Shown: positions 18,732-29,667, counted from the stretch's first letter. The stretch: 64,000 nucleotides of DNA from Desulfatiglandales bacterium (GCA_963662465.1 OY759599.1:5184001-5248000); one strand, 5' to 3'. Notes: a model not told the origin generated them from the letters alone. Program-made: numbers and translations.

Positions 18732-19808
18732 TCACCGATTGACATGAATCATCAGATAAATGCCTAAAAAAAGGAATATACTATTGGCTAACCATGCCGA
18801 GAAAAACGGGGGGAGAATCCCGGCAAAACCTAAGGTTCGGGAAAGCCCCAGGATCAGCAGATAAACAAAACACAGGGATATTCCCAGGGAAACCGCCAGG
18901 GGGGTGCCCATGTTTTTTCGCCAAAGGGCGATGGGAATTCCAATCAGCGCCATGATGAGGACAATAAATGGAAAGGCAATCTTGATGTTCAGTTCGACAA
19001 AATACCGGGTGGCATCGTACCCTTCCAGTTTAAGCCTTTCCGCAAATCGCTTGAGCCGAACATACCCCATTTCTTCCGGTTCCGTCGTTTCCCGCACAAA
19101 GTCTTCCGGATTTTCAGCGAGGTTTACATCCAGATATTCAAACTTGTGAAGGTCGTAGGTCCCATCCTTCTCCCGGTTTTGCACCATGCCGTTTTGCACC
19201 TGCCAGACATGGTTCTTCCAGATCCCCACGCGACCGTCGATCCTCTGGGTGATTTTAAACTGATCATTAAAAAAATAGAAGGTGGGTTCCACCATGACCA
19301 TTTTCTGCTGGTCGAACTGTCTTATGAAGTAGATGCAATTCTTTCCCTTGTACCAGATATGGTTTTGCCCATGAAATCGGCCGGGATGCTCTTTTTTGAC
19401 GTCGGTTCGCCATATTTCGTTGCTTCGAGAACTGGCATAGGGAACAATGGTTTCAGAGAACAGGAAAAGACCCATGGAGAGAAACGCCGCCAGGAGGATG
19501 ATTGGTTGCGCGATTTGCCAGGCATTGACGCCGCTGGCCTTCAACGCCACCATCTCGTTGTTCCGTTTCATGAGGCTGAACTGGATAATGACCGTGGTCA
19601 GCGTGGCGGGGGGCAACATCTGACCGGCAATGGCTGGGATTTTGTACGCGAAATAGGCCATCATAATCCCCTTTGACACATCGGCCTTTATAAAATCATC
19701 GATTCCACCGGCAAAATCGATCATCAGGTACAGTGCGATGAACACCAGCTGACAGATGATGAGCAGCTTGAAAAATTCCGTCAGGAGATATCGGGTTAAA
19801 ACATTCAT
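18732..19808 (-). CDS. lptG: LPS export permease LptG (LptF/G family)
   Basis: 'LTRYL', 'NEMVALKASGV', 3+3 TM layout, 'AWLAN'. Confidence 0.8.
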   Translation of the reverse strand: MNVLTRYLLTEFFKLLIICQLVFIALYLMIDFAGGIDDFIKADVSKGIMMAYFAYKIPAIAGQMLPPATLTTVIIQFSLMKRNNEMVALKASGVNAWQIAQPIILLAAFLSMGLFLFSETIVPYASSRSNEIWRTDVKKEHPGRFHGQNHIWYKGKNCIYFIRQFDQQKMVMVEPTFYFFNDQFKITQRIDGRVGIWKNHVWQVQNGMVQNREKDGTYDLHKFEYLDVNLAENPEDFVRETTEPEEMGYVRLKRFAERLKLEGYDATRYFVELNIKIAFPFIVLIMALIGIPIALWRKNMGTPLAVSLGISLCFVYLLILGLSRTLGFAGILPPFFSAWLANSIFLFLGIYLMIHVNR

Positions 19809-19818
19809 TGCATTTCCC

Positions 19819-21582
19819 CTAATCCCGGCGCCGCGGCATCAGCAGCAGGGGCGGCGGGGTAACGGCGGCATCAGACCAGGGCTTAAGTCCGGTCAGGCAA
19901 AAGAAGGCGTTGTTGCCCACCATGACATTGGTGCTGTTGGCGGCGACGGGTTTAAGGGTTTGCCAGGTTCGAACCGTTGGCCAGTCCCGAGGGCGAATAT
20001 TCACCAGCAGGGGGACATCAAGGGCCAGACGCTTGAGACTTTCTTCACCCTTTAAAAAATATTCACTATGATCTCCCAGAGACTTTCCAAATGCAAGCTC
20101 GTTAATTTCATCGATTAAAATGGTCCTCCTGCGGCTGTAAAAGCTTAAGGCCTGATCGTAGTTGCGCCATTCGGCGACCCTGATTTCCCGGGGCAGGGGC
20201 TGAGGCATGGCTTTGATGAAACCACCGATTTTTCGGTATTTCGCGGGAACCGGCACGATCATGAACATGGCGGGCATCAAAAGAATCAAGGTGAAACCGG
20301 TGGCAAAGGGGATCAGGCGCCTTTTGAAAAGCGATACCAATAAAAGAATGCCGCCTGAGAGCAGAGCGATCTGCGCCATCACCAGGGGCAGCGTCAACTC
20401 GGCCATGGGAATCATGTCCTGCCCTCGGGCAATATTCCGTATGGGTAAAACCGCCGCGAGCAGCAGAAAGGCCATAAGCGCAGTACACCAGCGGGCCGGA
20501 CACTTCAGCAATGCACCCTTATCGAGATAGACAGCGATCAGGAGTGCCATGGCCGGGTAGGCGGGCAGAATATAGGGAACGAGCTTGCATCGACTCAGGC
20601 TGAACAGGCCGATGACTGCAGAAACCCATATCACCAGGAAAAGAATGCTTTCCGATTGCGTCCCCTTGTTTTGGGGGTCTCGAACCACGCGCCAGGCCGT
20701 TTTGATGGAATTTGCGGCGGCAGGGAAAAAAAGACCCGTCCAGAATAGCATACCGAAGGGGAAGAGTACGATAAAGAACCAGAACGGTTTGGCGTGTTCA
20801 AGGCTGACCAGCCGGGAAAAATGCTGCACCACAATATAAAAATGAAAAAACTCGGGATTTCGCAAGCTGACGGCCCAATGCCAGGGAACCACAATAATGG
20901 CGAAGATCAACAGCCCCGGCGCCCATGCCATGGCGCCAAGGGCCCGCCAGTCGCGACGGCAGATAATGATCCCCCCGACAATCAACCCCGTCAGTGCAAT
21001 GGCCGCAATCCCCTTGGTCATGACCGCCATGCCGAGGCAGGCCCAGGAAATGCAATACCAACCTTGCCGGAACCGTTTTCCGGGAGATTGATAGCCCAGA
21101 TGCCAGGTCCCCCAGGCAGCGGTCAGAAATAGGCTGAAAACCCCATCAATAATGGGCATCCTTGCTAAAATCAGGGGGATCATACCGGTCAGGTAGATCC
21201 AGGCTGCCATCACGCCTGTTCGTCCATTGAACAGCCGTTTTCCGAAACCCATCACCAGCAAAAACGTCAGAAATCCCGCCAGGGCGGGCACCAGACGAAC
21301 CGCCCATTCCTTTTGGCCGAAAAGGGCCATGGACCCGGCCGTCAGCCAGTAAAACAGGGGGGGCTTTTCAAAGTATTTGACGTAATTGAGTCGAGGGGTT
21401 ATGAAATCCCCGCTTTCCAGCATTTCACGGGGAATTTCCGCATAGCGTCCTTCATCGGGATCCAGCAACGGATAGCTGCCCAGACCCGCAAAGTAAACAA
21501 CGGCAGCCAACACCGTGATGCATAAAAAGGCCATTATATTTTTTCTGGAAAATGGCGTATTAGGTTCTGCAGGAAACGTCAT
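19819..21582 (-). CDS. ArnT/PMT-like lipid-carrier-dependent glycosyltransferase
   Basis: DPDEGRYAEIPREM, YFEKPPLFYW, multiple TM segments. Confidence 0.88.
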   Translation of the reverse strand: MTFPAEPNTPFSRKNIMAFLCITVLAAVVYFAGLGSYPLLDPDEGRYAEIPREMLESGDFITPRLNYVKYFEKPPLFYWLTAGSMALFGQKEWAVRLVPALAGFLTFLLVMGFGKRLFNGRTGVMAAWIYLTGMIPLILARMPIIDGVFSLFLTAAWGTWHLGYQSPGKRFRQGWYCISWACLGMAVMTKGIAAIALTGLIVGGIIICRRDWRALGAMAWAPGLLIFAIIVVPWHWAVSLRNPEFFHFYIVVQHFSRLVSLEHAKPFWFFIVLFPFGMLFWTGLFFPAAANSIKTAWRVVRDPQNKGTQSESILFLVIWVSAVIGLFSLSRCKLVPYILPAYPAMALLIAVYLDKGALLKCPARWCTALMAFLLLAAVLPIRNIARGQDMIPMAELTLPLVMAQIALLSGGILLLVSLFKRRLIPFATGFTLILLMPAMFMIVPVPAKYRKIGGFIKAMPQPLPREIRVAEWRNYDQALSFYSRRRTILIDEINELAFGKSLGDHSEYFLKGEESLKRLALDVPLLVNIRPRDWPTVRTWQTLKPVAANSTNVMVGNNAFFCLTGLKPWSDAAVTPPPLLLMPRRRD

Positions 21583-21586
21583 ATCT

Positions 21587-22729
21587 TTAACTGATCCGTT
21601 GTTTCTGGCGTTGATTTTCAGGTTTTCTAACCAAGGTTCGTTTTAATGTCTTTGCCATCCTTTGAAAAACCTCTTCAGCCGTCAACTCCTCCAGACAACG
21701 ACTTCTTTCCGAACCTTCGCAACCCTTTTGGCTGCAGGGCTGACAGGCGAATCCTTTTTTAACGATTAAATGATCACGGCCCCGGGGGCCCCAGTTTGTC
21801 CATGAGGACGGGCCGAATATGCCCACCGTAGGGGTCCCCACGGCAGCCGCCATGTGGAGCGCCGCCGTATCCACCCCGATAAAGAGACGGCATGCCTGAA
21901 GAACGGCGGGAAGTTCTCCAATGGACGTTTCCCCTGCCAGATTATACGGTTTTTGCATGCATTTGCCGACGAGATCCGCGGCCCGTTCTCGTTCATTGGG
22001 GGCCCCGGTGACCACAAGGTTGCAGTGGTATCGGGTTTGAATATAATCCAGCAACCGAGCCATCTCGGCAATATCCCATTCCTTGTATTTCCAAAGTGAA
22101 AACGGGTGGATCGCCACCATGGGGCCATGGTCCGGAACCCCGGCTTTCACAAAAATATCCTTAGCCTTTTCACGACGCCGTCGGGAGACTGAAAGGGTAG
22201 GCCGGGGGTCGGGTTCGAAAAGTCCAAAGGGGGCCATGATATTCAGGTTATGCCGGGCGGCGTATTGAATGCCCTCATGGGTGGGTCGCACAAGATGGGT
22301 AAAAAGACGATTCCGCCACAGGGTTCCATCGTTGGCATAGCGGGCGACGCGGGTTTTTGCCCCTGACAGCCGGGCGATCACCGCGCCCCGGGTGCCCGTT
22401 CGCAGTTCGATGGCCAGCGTGCAGCGGCGTTTTCTGAGTTCCCTGAAGAAGTGAAGCTGATAGGCCAACGCATCCGTAAACGACCGCTTTTGTTTGTTTA
22501 CGGACAGGACCTGTTGTACCCACGGACAATCCTCCATCAATTCCCTGGCATGTTCCCTAACACACAGAACCAGGGGACGATTTGGAAAGGTGCGCCCCAA
22601 AACCCCTATGGCGGGCAGAGTCAGCACCACATCCCCGATGTCCCCCAGTTGTATGACCAGGATGGGACCGTTTGTCGTGGGCAGTGACGGATTTCCTTTC
22701 AAAAGTTGTGCGGTTTCCATTTGCATCAT
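21587..22729 (-). CDS. Glycosyltransferase family 9 (heptosyltransferase-like)
   Basis: IGDVVL, KEW, GVDTAALHMAAAVGTPTVGIFGP. Confidence 0.9.
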   Translation of the reverse strand: MMQMETAQLLKGNPSLPTTNGPILVIQLGDIGDVVLTLPAIGVLGRTFPNRPLVLCVREHARELMEDCPWVQQVLSVNKQKRSFTDALAYQLHFFRELRKRRCTLAIELRTGTRGAVIARLSGAKTRVARYANDGTLWRNRLFTHLVRPTHEGIQYAARHNLNIMAPFGLFEPDPRPTLSVSRRRREKAKDIFVKAGVPDHGPMVAIHPFSLWKYKEWDIAEMARLLDYIQTRYHCNLVVTGAPNERERAADLVGKCMQKPYNLAGETSIGELPAVLQACRLFIGVDTAALHMAAAVGTPTVGIFGPSSWTNWGPRGRDHLIVKKGFACQPCSQKGCEGSERSRCLEELTAEEVFQRMAKTLKRTLVRKPENQRQKQRIS

Positions 22730-23641
22730 CTAGGGGCGTCCTTTGAGGTGCCATCTCAGCAGTTGTGTGTAGACCGCCAGTTTTTTCTTGATGCGTTTGT
22801 TTAACCCCAGGGTGCCCCCCATGGCCAGAAGGTTCAACAGAGCATTGACGAACAGCCGGAAAAAGGCAGCCAAAAAAAACAGGGGATAGGTTTTTGGGCG
22901 CCACTTTTTAAAATATTGATATCGGGAGCGATAAAAGAGGATCCTGGCGGAAACCCCGCTGCCGACGGTTTTTCCCTGCGCATGAACAATTTCCGCATCC
23001 GGAACAAAATAGTTGTTCCATCCCCCTTGTTTCATTCGGTAGGCCCAGTCCGTTTCCTCCATGAAAAAAAAATACCGCTCATCCAGGAAACCGACTTCAT
23101 CAATGGCTTTTTTTGAAACCATAATGCAGGCCCCGATGCAGGAATCCACCGCTATGGGCGCCGTATAACATTTTCTTTTGCTGGGGTATTTTTGAGGAAA
23201 GAGGAGCCGCAGCAGGGTCTCATTGGAAAGCAGGGAAAGCAAGGACGGAAATGGCGCGATGGCGTTTTGCTTTGATCCATCCTCATTCAGCAGTTGCCCG
23301 CAGGCCATGGCGGCATCCGGCGTTTTTTCCATGAAAGCCAAAAGGTGTTTAATGGCGACTGTCTTCAGCTGTGCATCAGTGTTGATCAAAACGGCATAAC
23401 GGCCCCGCATTTCGGCAAAGGCCAAATTGTTGGCTGCGGCAAACCCCAGATTTTGGCGGTTTTCAATCACATGAATGTCGGGATAGACGGCCCGTGCGGC
23501 CGCAACGCTGCCATCCGAGGATGCATTGTCCACCAGCCAGACCTCAAAGGCCAACCCCGAAGTTGTTTTGTAAATGGAAGCCAAACACCGCAGCAGCAGG
23601 TCCCGGGTATTCCAGTTCACGATAACAAATGAGATATCCAA
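22730..23641 (-). CDS. Glycosyltransferase family 2 (WbbL/rhamnosyltransferase-like)
   Basis: VIVNWN, VDNASSDG, NLGFAAANN, EETDW. Confidence 0.9.
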   Translation of the reverse strand: MDISFVIVNWNTRDLLLRCLASIYKTTSGLAFEVWLVDNASSDGSVAAARAVYPDIHVIENRQNLGFAAANNLAFAEMRGRYAVLINTDAQLKTVAIKHLLAFMEKTPDAAMACGQLLNEDGSKQNAIAPFPSLLSLLSNETLLRLLFPQKYPSKRKCYTAPIAVDSCIGACIMVSKKAIDEVGFLDERYFFFMEETDWAYRMKQGGWNNYFVPDAEIVHAQGKTVGSGVSARILFYRSRYQYFKKWRPKTYPLFFLAAFFRLFVNALLNLLAMGGTLGLNKRIKKKLAVYTQLLRWHLKGRP

Positions 23642-23643
23642 AC

Positions 23644-24495
23644 CTAATGCTCCGGAAAATGGTTCTCTAAATGGACGATGGTAAAGTCACGGGGGGCCGC
23701 CATTTTAAACACGGCCTCCGGAAGGGGCTTGTTAAAGGTCATTTGGTCAATGGCAATCTCCAGTCCGCTCTGATACGCCGGACCATGGAAATTCACCTGC
23801 CGCGCATAAAGAATGCCGTCGTCGTTTTCAAAATTTGAAAAGACCAGGGTCGCATGTTCTTTTAAAAAACATACCTTGTGTGGAAGCGGTTCCCCCGAAT
23901 AAAGTTCAAACACCTGAATCTTGTCTCCATTGCGGTCCAGGAGGGTGATCTGATTCCCGGCAAACGACCTTGCCCGCCGGTGTTCGACCAAGGCTGGAAA
24001 AGCCCTCGCGAGGGACCATAAGACACAAGAGTCCAGGGGTATGGGAATACGTTCCAAAACCTGCCGGCTATCGAGGCTGCCCCTGTAAATGTGTTTCTCA
24101 GTGAAATCCAGAATATCAAGTTTTCGGCCCCGTATCAAGATATGGAGCAGGGGTTTTCCCCAGGGATGGGTAATTTCAATTTTGATCCGCCCGTAGGGGC
24201 AGACCTGTGTGTCTGCCCTGGCCCCTGTGCCTGCCCTATGGCCTGCATCCGCAATCATCAGAATTTGAACCGCGGTTTCGGCATCCGGATGGCTAAGGGT
24301 CAGCGTACCTGAGTAAAAAAGGGTCTTTGCCGCCCACGCCTGTGCTTCGAACTCGGAAACGAGGGAAGCGATTTTTGTTCCCTCAAGGGCGGGAGACGGA
24401 GGGTTGAGCGTTATAGGGGAACAGCACTGAAAAATTACAAAGGCTGTAACCGTCAAGACCGTTTTGATTCCCGAATAGATTTTGGCGAGATTCAA
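23644..24495 (-). CDS. Hypothetical lipoprotein (possibly LolB-like fold)
   Basis: Hydrophobic N-terminus ending in Cys; follows a TPR gene as lolB does; fold assignment is inference. Confidence 0.55.
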   Translation of the reverse strand: MNLAKIYSGIKTVLTVTAFVIFQCCSPITLNPPSPALEGTKIASLVSEFEAQAWAAKTLFYSGTLTLSHPDAETAVQILMIADAGHRAGTGARADTQVCPYGRIKIEITHPWGKPLLHILIRGRKLDILDFTEKHIYRGSLDSRQVLERIPIPLDSCVLWSLARAFPALVEHRRARSFAGNQITLLDRNGDKIQVFELYSGEPLPHKVCFLKEHATLVFSNFENDDGILYARQVNFHGPAYQSGLEIAIDQMTFNKPLPEAVFKMAAPRDFTIVHLENHFPEH

Positions 24496-26312
24496 TTTTT
24501 TTTCTTCAAAAGTTCGCGCACCTCGACCATTTTTTCTTTGATCCGTGTTGCTTCTGGGTGCTCTAAAGAGAGGGCCTTTTCATAACAGCGGAGGGCCTTT
24601 TCGTATTCTTTGATCTTAAGGTAGGCATCTCCCAGATGCTCCTGAACAGTGGGGTCGTCTCCGGTTAGAATCGCTGCCTTTTCAATGGTGCGTACCGCCT
24701 TCCGGTATTGGCCTTTCTGAAAATAGACCCATCCCAGGCTATCGATAATATAGCCGCTGTCGGGCTTCAATTTCAGGGCTTTTTGAATCAGGAACAGGGC
24801 CTCGTCCAGTCGAACGCCCTGCTCGGCATAGGTATACCCGATGTAGTTGAGCGCATCGGCATTGTCGGGGTCAATTGCAAGCAATTGCCTCATTTCTTTG
24901 ATGCAGGCGTCTTTTTTCCCAATCTTGTCCAAAAGTATACCCAGGCGAAATCGAAGGTTGACGTTTTTTTCATCCAGCTTCAAACCGTCTTTAACCGCGG
25001 CAATGGCCTTTTCATATTTTTCCTGAGCTTCATAGATGGACGCCAGCATAAGATACAGGTCCGTATTATCCCTGTCCAGCGCCATCAACTGTGTCAAGGT
25101 GTTCAGTGCATCGTCGTATTTTTCTTCGATGATAAACAGATGCACCATGTGCATCTGAGCGTTGGCATAATATTTTGAGCCCTTATCAATCCGGTTAAAT
25201 TGCGCCAGAGCCGTCTCGTTATCCCCCTTTTCTTCATAGGCGGTTGCCAGATAATATCGCGACTTGTGGTCTTTGGGCCATGCGGTAACAATCAGATCCA
25301 GCTCAGCAATAGATTCATCGATTTTCCCCTGCCTCAGATAAATGAGACCCAGCGCCTGCCGTTCAGGTTCGCCGGGGTTCGAGTGCTTCTTGATTTGCTC
25401 CACCTGATGTGCCGCCTCGGTTTTCCGGCCCAGTTCCAGATACACTTCCACCAGCCTTTCCCTGGCGGGGATGTTGTCGGGATAAATGGAAAGCAAATTT
25501 TCGTAGGCCTTGGCCGCTTGGGGGTTCCGATGGGTTATTTGATAGAGGGTAGCTTTATCAAACAGGGCCGGCTCCAGCGTTCGGTTACGTTTCAGGGCTT
25601 CATTCATGGATTTTTCAGCTGCTTCATAGCGATGCATTTCCAGGTTGATTCTACCCTGGTAATAATGGGCAATGATCAGGTCAGGATCCTGACTAATCAG
25701 AACGTCCAAGTGGGTCAAAGCCTTTTCAAATTCTTTTTTCCGGACCAGGATGGTTGTCAACAGTAGCCTGACCCGCTGATCATCCGGATCTTGTTTAAGA
25801 ATGTTCCGATACGCCGCCATGGCGAGTTCATCGTTCCCCGTCAACGCGTACAAGTCTCCCAGCAATGCAAGGGTGTGCGTGTTTTGAGGGTCCATGCCAA
25901 CGCTTTTCCGGGCATAGGCCAACGCTTCAGGATATTGTTTGAGACCTTTCAGCAACATCGCCATTTTGGCGTTCAAATAGACGGAATCGGGGTCATTTTG
26001 AATGGCCGTTTCAAGGTATTTACGCGCATCCTGGTAACGACCCTGGTTTAAAGCGATTGAGGCATAGGTGAACTGCTCATAGGCTTTCTGGGTTGCGTCC
26101 GGTTGTTGGGGACGATAAATTTTAGGTTTGGCGACCTCAACGACGGGGACGCTCGTTTTTTGAGGCGCCGGGTCGATCATCGTTGCGCAGCCGGTGAACC
26201 CAATGGCAAAAAGGGCCGGCAAGAGCAAAGAGAGGCGCTTCAAATTCCCGCCCCCCGGGAATATGGCATACTGAAGAAATGGGCGGTTGAATACTGTGAG
26301 CCTTGGTTTCAT
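24492..26312 (-). CDS. TPR-repeat lipoprotein
   Basis: Lipobox FTGC; 'ALNYIGYTYA', 'YIIDSLGWVYF', 'EHLGDAY'; real start may be TTG 26243. Confidence 0.85.
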   Translation of the reverse strand: MKPRLTVFNRPFLQYAIFPGGGNLKRLSLLLPALFAIGFTGCATMIDPAPQKTSVPVVEVAKPKIYRPQQPDATQKAYEQFTYASIALNQGRYQDARKYLETAIQNDPDSVYLNAKMAMLLKGLKQYPEALAYARKSVGMDPQNTHTLALLGDLYALTGNDELAMAAYRNILKQDPDDQRVRLLLTTILVRKKEFEKALTHLDVLISQDPDLIIAHYYQGRINLEMHRYEAAEKSMNEALKRNRTLEPALFDKATLYQITHRNPQAAKAYENLLSIYPDNIPARERLVEVYLELGRKTEAAHQVEQIKKHSNPGEPERQALGLIYLRQGKIDESIAELDLIVTAWPKDHKSRYYLATAYEEKGDNETALAQFNRIDKGSKYYANAQMHMVHLFIIEEKYDDALNTLTQLMALDRDNTDLYLMLASIYEAQEKYEKAIAAVKDGLKLDEKNVNLRFRLGILLDKIGKKDACIKEMRQLLAIDPDNADALNYIGYTYAEQGVRLDEALFLIQKALKLKPDSGYIIDSLGWVYFQKGQYRKAVRTIEKAAILTGDDPTVQEHLGDAYLKIKEYEKALRCYEKALSLEHPEATRIKEKMVEVRELLKKKN

Positions 26313-26349
26313 AGTCTATTTACGCCGGATTTTTCAGAGACAGTCGTCG

Positions 26350-27330
26350 CTATTTCAAGAAATCCGAGTATTCCTCCTCAAAATTCGGGATCTTTTCTTT
26401 CAACCATTTCCGAATGTTTTTGATAATTTTTTCCTGGATTTGCCGAATTCTTTCTCGGGAAATCTTGTATTTGTTGCCCAGATCCTGAAGGGTCAGGGGT
26501 TTTTCAGCCAGAATTCGATTGTCAAAAATGTCGGCTTCTTTTCCTGAAAGGGTTTTACGAAATTCTTTAAGGCTTCTTGATAGTTGTGTACGGCTTTCAT
26601 TATTGGATAGCTGATCGTCAACCGGCATTCCGGGGTCAGGGAGAAACGCACCGTAGGATTCCTTGGAATCCTCGCCCACGGGCGCACTGAGGGAAACTTC
26701 CCATCCCCCCAGGCGCTGGGTCATTTCAACGACTTCCGACTCCTTCACGTCCAGTTTTTCGGCCAACAGACGGGGTTCGGGGGCGAAGCCCTGAGCAATC
26801 AGCTTATCCCTTTCCTTGGCAAGGTTGAAGAAGAGCTTCCGCTGGCTTTGGGTCGTTCCAATTTTAACCATCTTCCAGTTGTCCATTATGAATTTAAGGA
26901 TGTAAGCCTTAATCCAAAATGAGGCATAGTAGGAAAATTTTATGCCGCGGTAAGGGTCGAATTTTCTAACGGCCTGCAATAACCCCAGGTTCCCTTCCTG
27001 GATCAGGTCCAGGAGATTCTTGGTCCAGTAACGATGGAAATCCATGGCAATTTTGACGACCAGTCTCAAATTTGACGTCACAAGCCTGAAGGCCGCGTCA
27101 TCGTCGTTATGTTCTCTGATTCGGGTTGCCAGCTCTTTCTCTTCTTCCCGGGTCAGCAGATTATATTGCTTGATTTCAAGGAGATATATTTGAAGCGGAT
27201 CATAAGGGACAAGCGCGGTGTCCGAGCGCCGTACCACGGGTGCAAGCGCCGTGCGATACTGGACCGGCTTCCGGTCGGGCGTTTTCGCCTTTGTCTTTTT
27301 TGACCCGGGTTTCTTTTTCCCTTTTTCCAT
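26350..27330 (-). CDS. rpoH: RNA polymerase sigma factor, RpoH/sigma32-like
   Basis: DLIQEGNLGL; RpoH box QRKLFFNL; SRERIRQI. Confidence 0.88.
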   Translation of the reverse strand: MEKGKKKPGSKKTKAKTPDRKPVQYRTALAPVVRRSDTALVPYDPLQIYLLEIKQYNLLTREEEKELATRIREHNDDDAAFRLVTSNLRLVVKIAMDFHRYWTKNLLDLIQEGNLGLLQAVRKFDPYRGIKFSYYASFWIKAYILKFIMDNWKMVKIGTTQSQRKLFFNLAKERDKLIAQGFAPEPRLLAEKLDVKESEVVEMTQRLGGWEVSLSAPVGEDSKESYGAFLPDPGMPVDDQLSNNESRTQLSRSLKEFRKTLSGKEADIFDNRILAEKPLTLQDLGNKYKISRERIRQIQEKIIKNIRKWLKEKIPNFEEEYSDFLK

Positions 27331-27349
27331 GAAAAGACCTTTAATCTGG

Positions 27350-27432
27350 GCTTTTATAGTTTTAAGTATTAAGCTTTCCCGGCAATAATGATGGTTTAGT
27401 TTTTTTTCTTAAAACTTAAAACCTAAAACTTA
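27350..27432. repeat. Family A heptamers in inverted arrangement between tyrS and rpoH
   Basis: ...GTTTTTAAGTATTAAGCTTTCCCGGCAA... followed by CTTAAAACTTAAAACCTAAAACTT. Confidence 0.7.
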
Positions 27433-27433
27433 T

Positions 27434-28675
27434 TTATTTCCCCACTGCGCCGGAAATAACCTTCATATATCTCTTTTTCCCTGCCCGCAAAAGCAGTCCA
27501 TCATCCTTTAGATCATTGATGTCGACCATCTGGTCAAAGGCTGAAATTTTCCGGTCGTTCAAATAGCCGCCTCCCTGGGAAATCAGTCTGCGCGCTTCCC
27601 CTCTTGTTTTACAAAGACCGGAATTTTCAAAGAGGATGTAGGCCGGTATTCCGGCTTCAAGGATTTTCGGATCAATTTGGTACAGGGGGGCGGATTCATC
27701 TGAGCCCCCTTTGCTTTGGCCGAACAATCCTTCAGCCGCGGCCCGGGCCTGATCCGCGTTTTCCTTGCCGTGGCATAATTGGGTCGCTTCGTAGGCCAAC
27801 ACTTTTTTCGCTTCCCGGATTTCAGCGCCTTCCAGTTTTCTCAGCCGCTGGATTTCATCCATGTCCAGCAGAGTGAAGAGGGATAGAAATCTTCCGATGT
27901 CGCCATCATCCTGGTTGACCCAATACTGATAGTATTCATAGGGCGAGGTCATTTCAGCATCGAGCCATACGGCGCCCTTATGGGTTTTGCCCATCTTGAT
28001 GCCGGAACTGGTGGTGAGAAGGGGAAAGGTCAGTCCGTGGACCACTTCGCTTTCCAGGCGCCGTATCAAGTCGGCGCCGGCCAGAATATTTCCCCATTGA
28101 TCGTTTCCGCCCATTTGAAGGCGGCAATCGTAATTTTTGAAGAGATGCCAGAAATCGTAAGCCTGCAACAGCATGTAGTTGAATTCGATGAAGCTTAAGC
28201 CGGTTTCCAAACGCATCTTATAGCTTTCCGCGGTCAGCATGCGATTGACGCTGAAATGCCGACCGATATCCCGCAGAAAATCCACGTATCGGAGTTCCGT
28301 AAGCCAGTCGGCGTTATTGGCCATGATTGCCCGGTCGCCGCCAAAATCGATAAAACTGGAAAGCTGTTGCTTCAGGCCATCGGCATTATCATTAATCTCT
28401 TCACGGCTCATGATGCGGCGCATTTCGGTTTTTCCGCTGGGATCGCCAACCAGGGCCGTCCCCCCCCCCACCAGCACAACCGGCCTGTGACCGGCATTCT
28501 GCATATGCACCAGACTCATGATGGGAAGCAGGCTCCCCACGTGAAGGCTTTTCGCGGTGGGGTCAAAACCGATATAGCAGGTGGTGGGCTGAGAAAGCAT
28601 TTCCGCGAGAGATATTCTATCCGTGGACTGTTCAAAAAACCCCCTGCTTTCAAAAATTTCTAAAATATTTTCCAT
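27434..28675 (-). CDS. tyrS: Tyrosine--tRNA ligase
   Basis: GFDPTAKSLHVGS (HIGH-like), GGNDQWGNI, KMGKT, C-terminal S4 domain. Confidence 0.97.
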   Translation of the reverse strand: MENILEIFESRGFFEQSTDRISLAEMLSQPTTCYIGFDPTAKSLHVGSLLPIMSLVHMQNAGHRPVVLVGGGTALVGDPSGKTEMRRIMSREEINDNADGLKQQLSSFIDFGGDRAIMANNADWLTELRYVDFLRDIGRHFSVNRMLTAESYKMRLETGLSFIEFNYMLLQAYDFWHLFKNYDCRLQMGGNDQWGNILAGADLIRRLESEVVHGLTFPLLTTSSGIKMGKTHKGAVWLDAEMTSPYEYYQYWVNQDDGDIGRFLSLFTLLDMDEIQRLRKLEGAEIREAKKVLAYEATQLCHGKENADQARAAAEGLFGQSKGGSDESAPLYQIDPKILEAGIPAYILFENSGLCKTRGEARRLISQGGGYLNDRKISAFDQMVDINDLKDDGLLLRAGKKRYMKVISGAVGK

Positions 28676-28677
28676 TG

Positions 28678-29646
28678 TTAGTTTTTGGGTGTACTCCTTT
28701 CTTCATCTTCGGGAAGCTTGATTCGAACGACCTGTCCCTGTTTTCCGAGATTATCCATTTTTTTTTCGTTGAACTCAAGGACAATGCCGCCGGCATTGCC
28801 GATCAACAGTTCAAAACCCTTCTTTGCTTTCCATTCAGGGTTGTCCGAAGGAACAAAGATGTTCTCTTTCGGTTCTCGGCCATCAATTGATATCCTCAAC
28901 CAGGTCCTTTCGGTCACATGCCCCTTTAGAACCATCGTAAAGGTTTCAACCGCCTCTGAAACGGAAAGGCTTTCCGCCTCAGAATCAGTGCTATCGACAC
29001 TTTGTGTTACGACCGGCACAGGCTGTGTGTCCGGGCTTTCCGGTGTTGCGGAATTCACGGATGAACTATCTGCGGTCAATTCCGCTTCAACGTCTGAGGC
29101 AGGTTCTGGTTCGTCAACGGGCGTTGTTTCGGTCGTTCGTTGTTCATTTGGAACGGTTGGCAGCTCGGTTTTCGGTGGATCCTGTACGATGACAAGGCTG
29201 GATTCAGAGACCGCCTTTGGGCCGGTTGAATGCTGCATCCAGGCATAAACGCCTGCCAGAACAGCCAGGAGAACCAGCAAGCCGGTTACGACAAGGGGCC
29301 ATCTGTTCTTCCGGTGAGTCGGCGGAAGCAACAATTTATCCGGGAAATGAGGGGTCCCCGCTTCGTCGTTATAGAGGTCTATCAAGCGATCCGCTTCGAG
29401 TGCCAGGGCACGGGCGTAGGCCCGTATGAAGCCCTTTACAAGCGTGGGCGCGGGAAGCAGGTCCCACTCCCCATTTTCAATGGCCTCCAGGATATGGGGC
29501 CTCAGACGAGTTTGCTGAGATATTTGAGCATGGCTGAGCCCCTTTTTCTCCCTTTGATTCTTGAGCAACGCACCCAGGGAAATGCCGGAAGAAAAAACCC
29601 AATCGTCGGTTTCAGCATTCAATGGCTCTTGTTTATCTTGGCCCAT
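28678..29646 (-). CDS. rodZ: RodZ-like protein (HTH, TM, DUF4115)
   Basis: 'KGFIRAYARAL', single TM, C-terminal IGNAGG. Confidence 0.85.
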   Translation of the reverse strand: MGQDKQEPLNAETDDWVFSSGISLGALLKNQREKKGLSHAQISQQTRLRPHILEAIENGEWDLLPAPTLVKGFIRAYARALALEADRLIDLYNDEAGTPHFPDKLLLPPTHRKNRWPLVVTGLLVLLAVLAGVYAWMQHSTGPKAVSESSLVIVQDPPKTELPTVPNEQRTTETTPVDEPEPASDVEAELTADSSSVNSATPESPDTQPVPVVTQSVDSTDSEAESLSVSEAVETFTMVLKGHVTERTWLRISIDGREPKENIFVPSDNPEWKAKKGFELLIGNAGGIVLEFNEKKMDNLGKQGQVVRIKLPEDEERSTPKN

Positions 29647-29667
29647 ATGTTGGATAACCTAAGGCTT

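Noticed and set aside
28460..28469. C10 homopolymer as a phase-variation tract
   Set aside because: In frame, encodes the conserved VGGGT of essential TyrS
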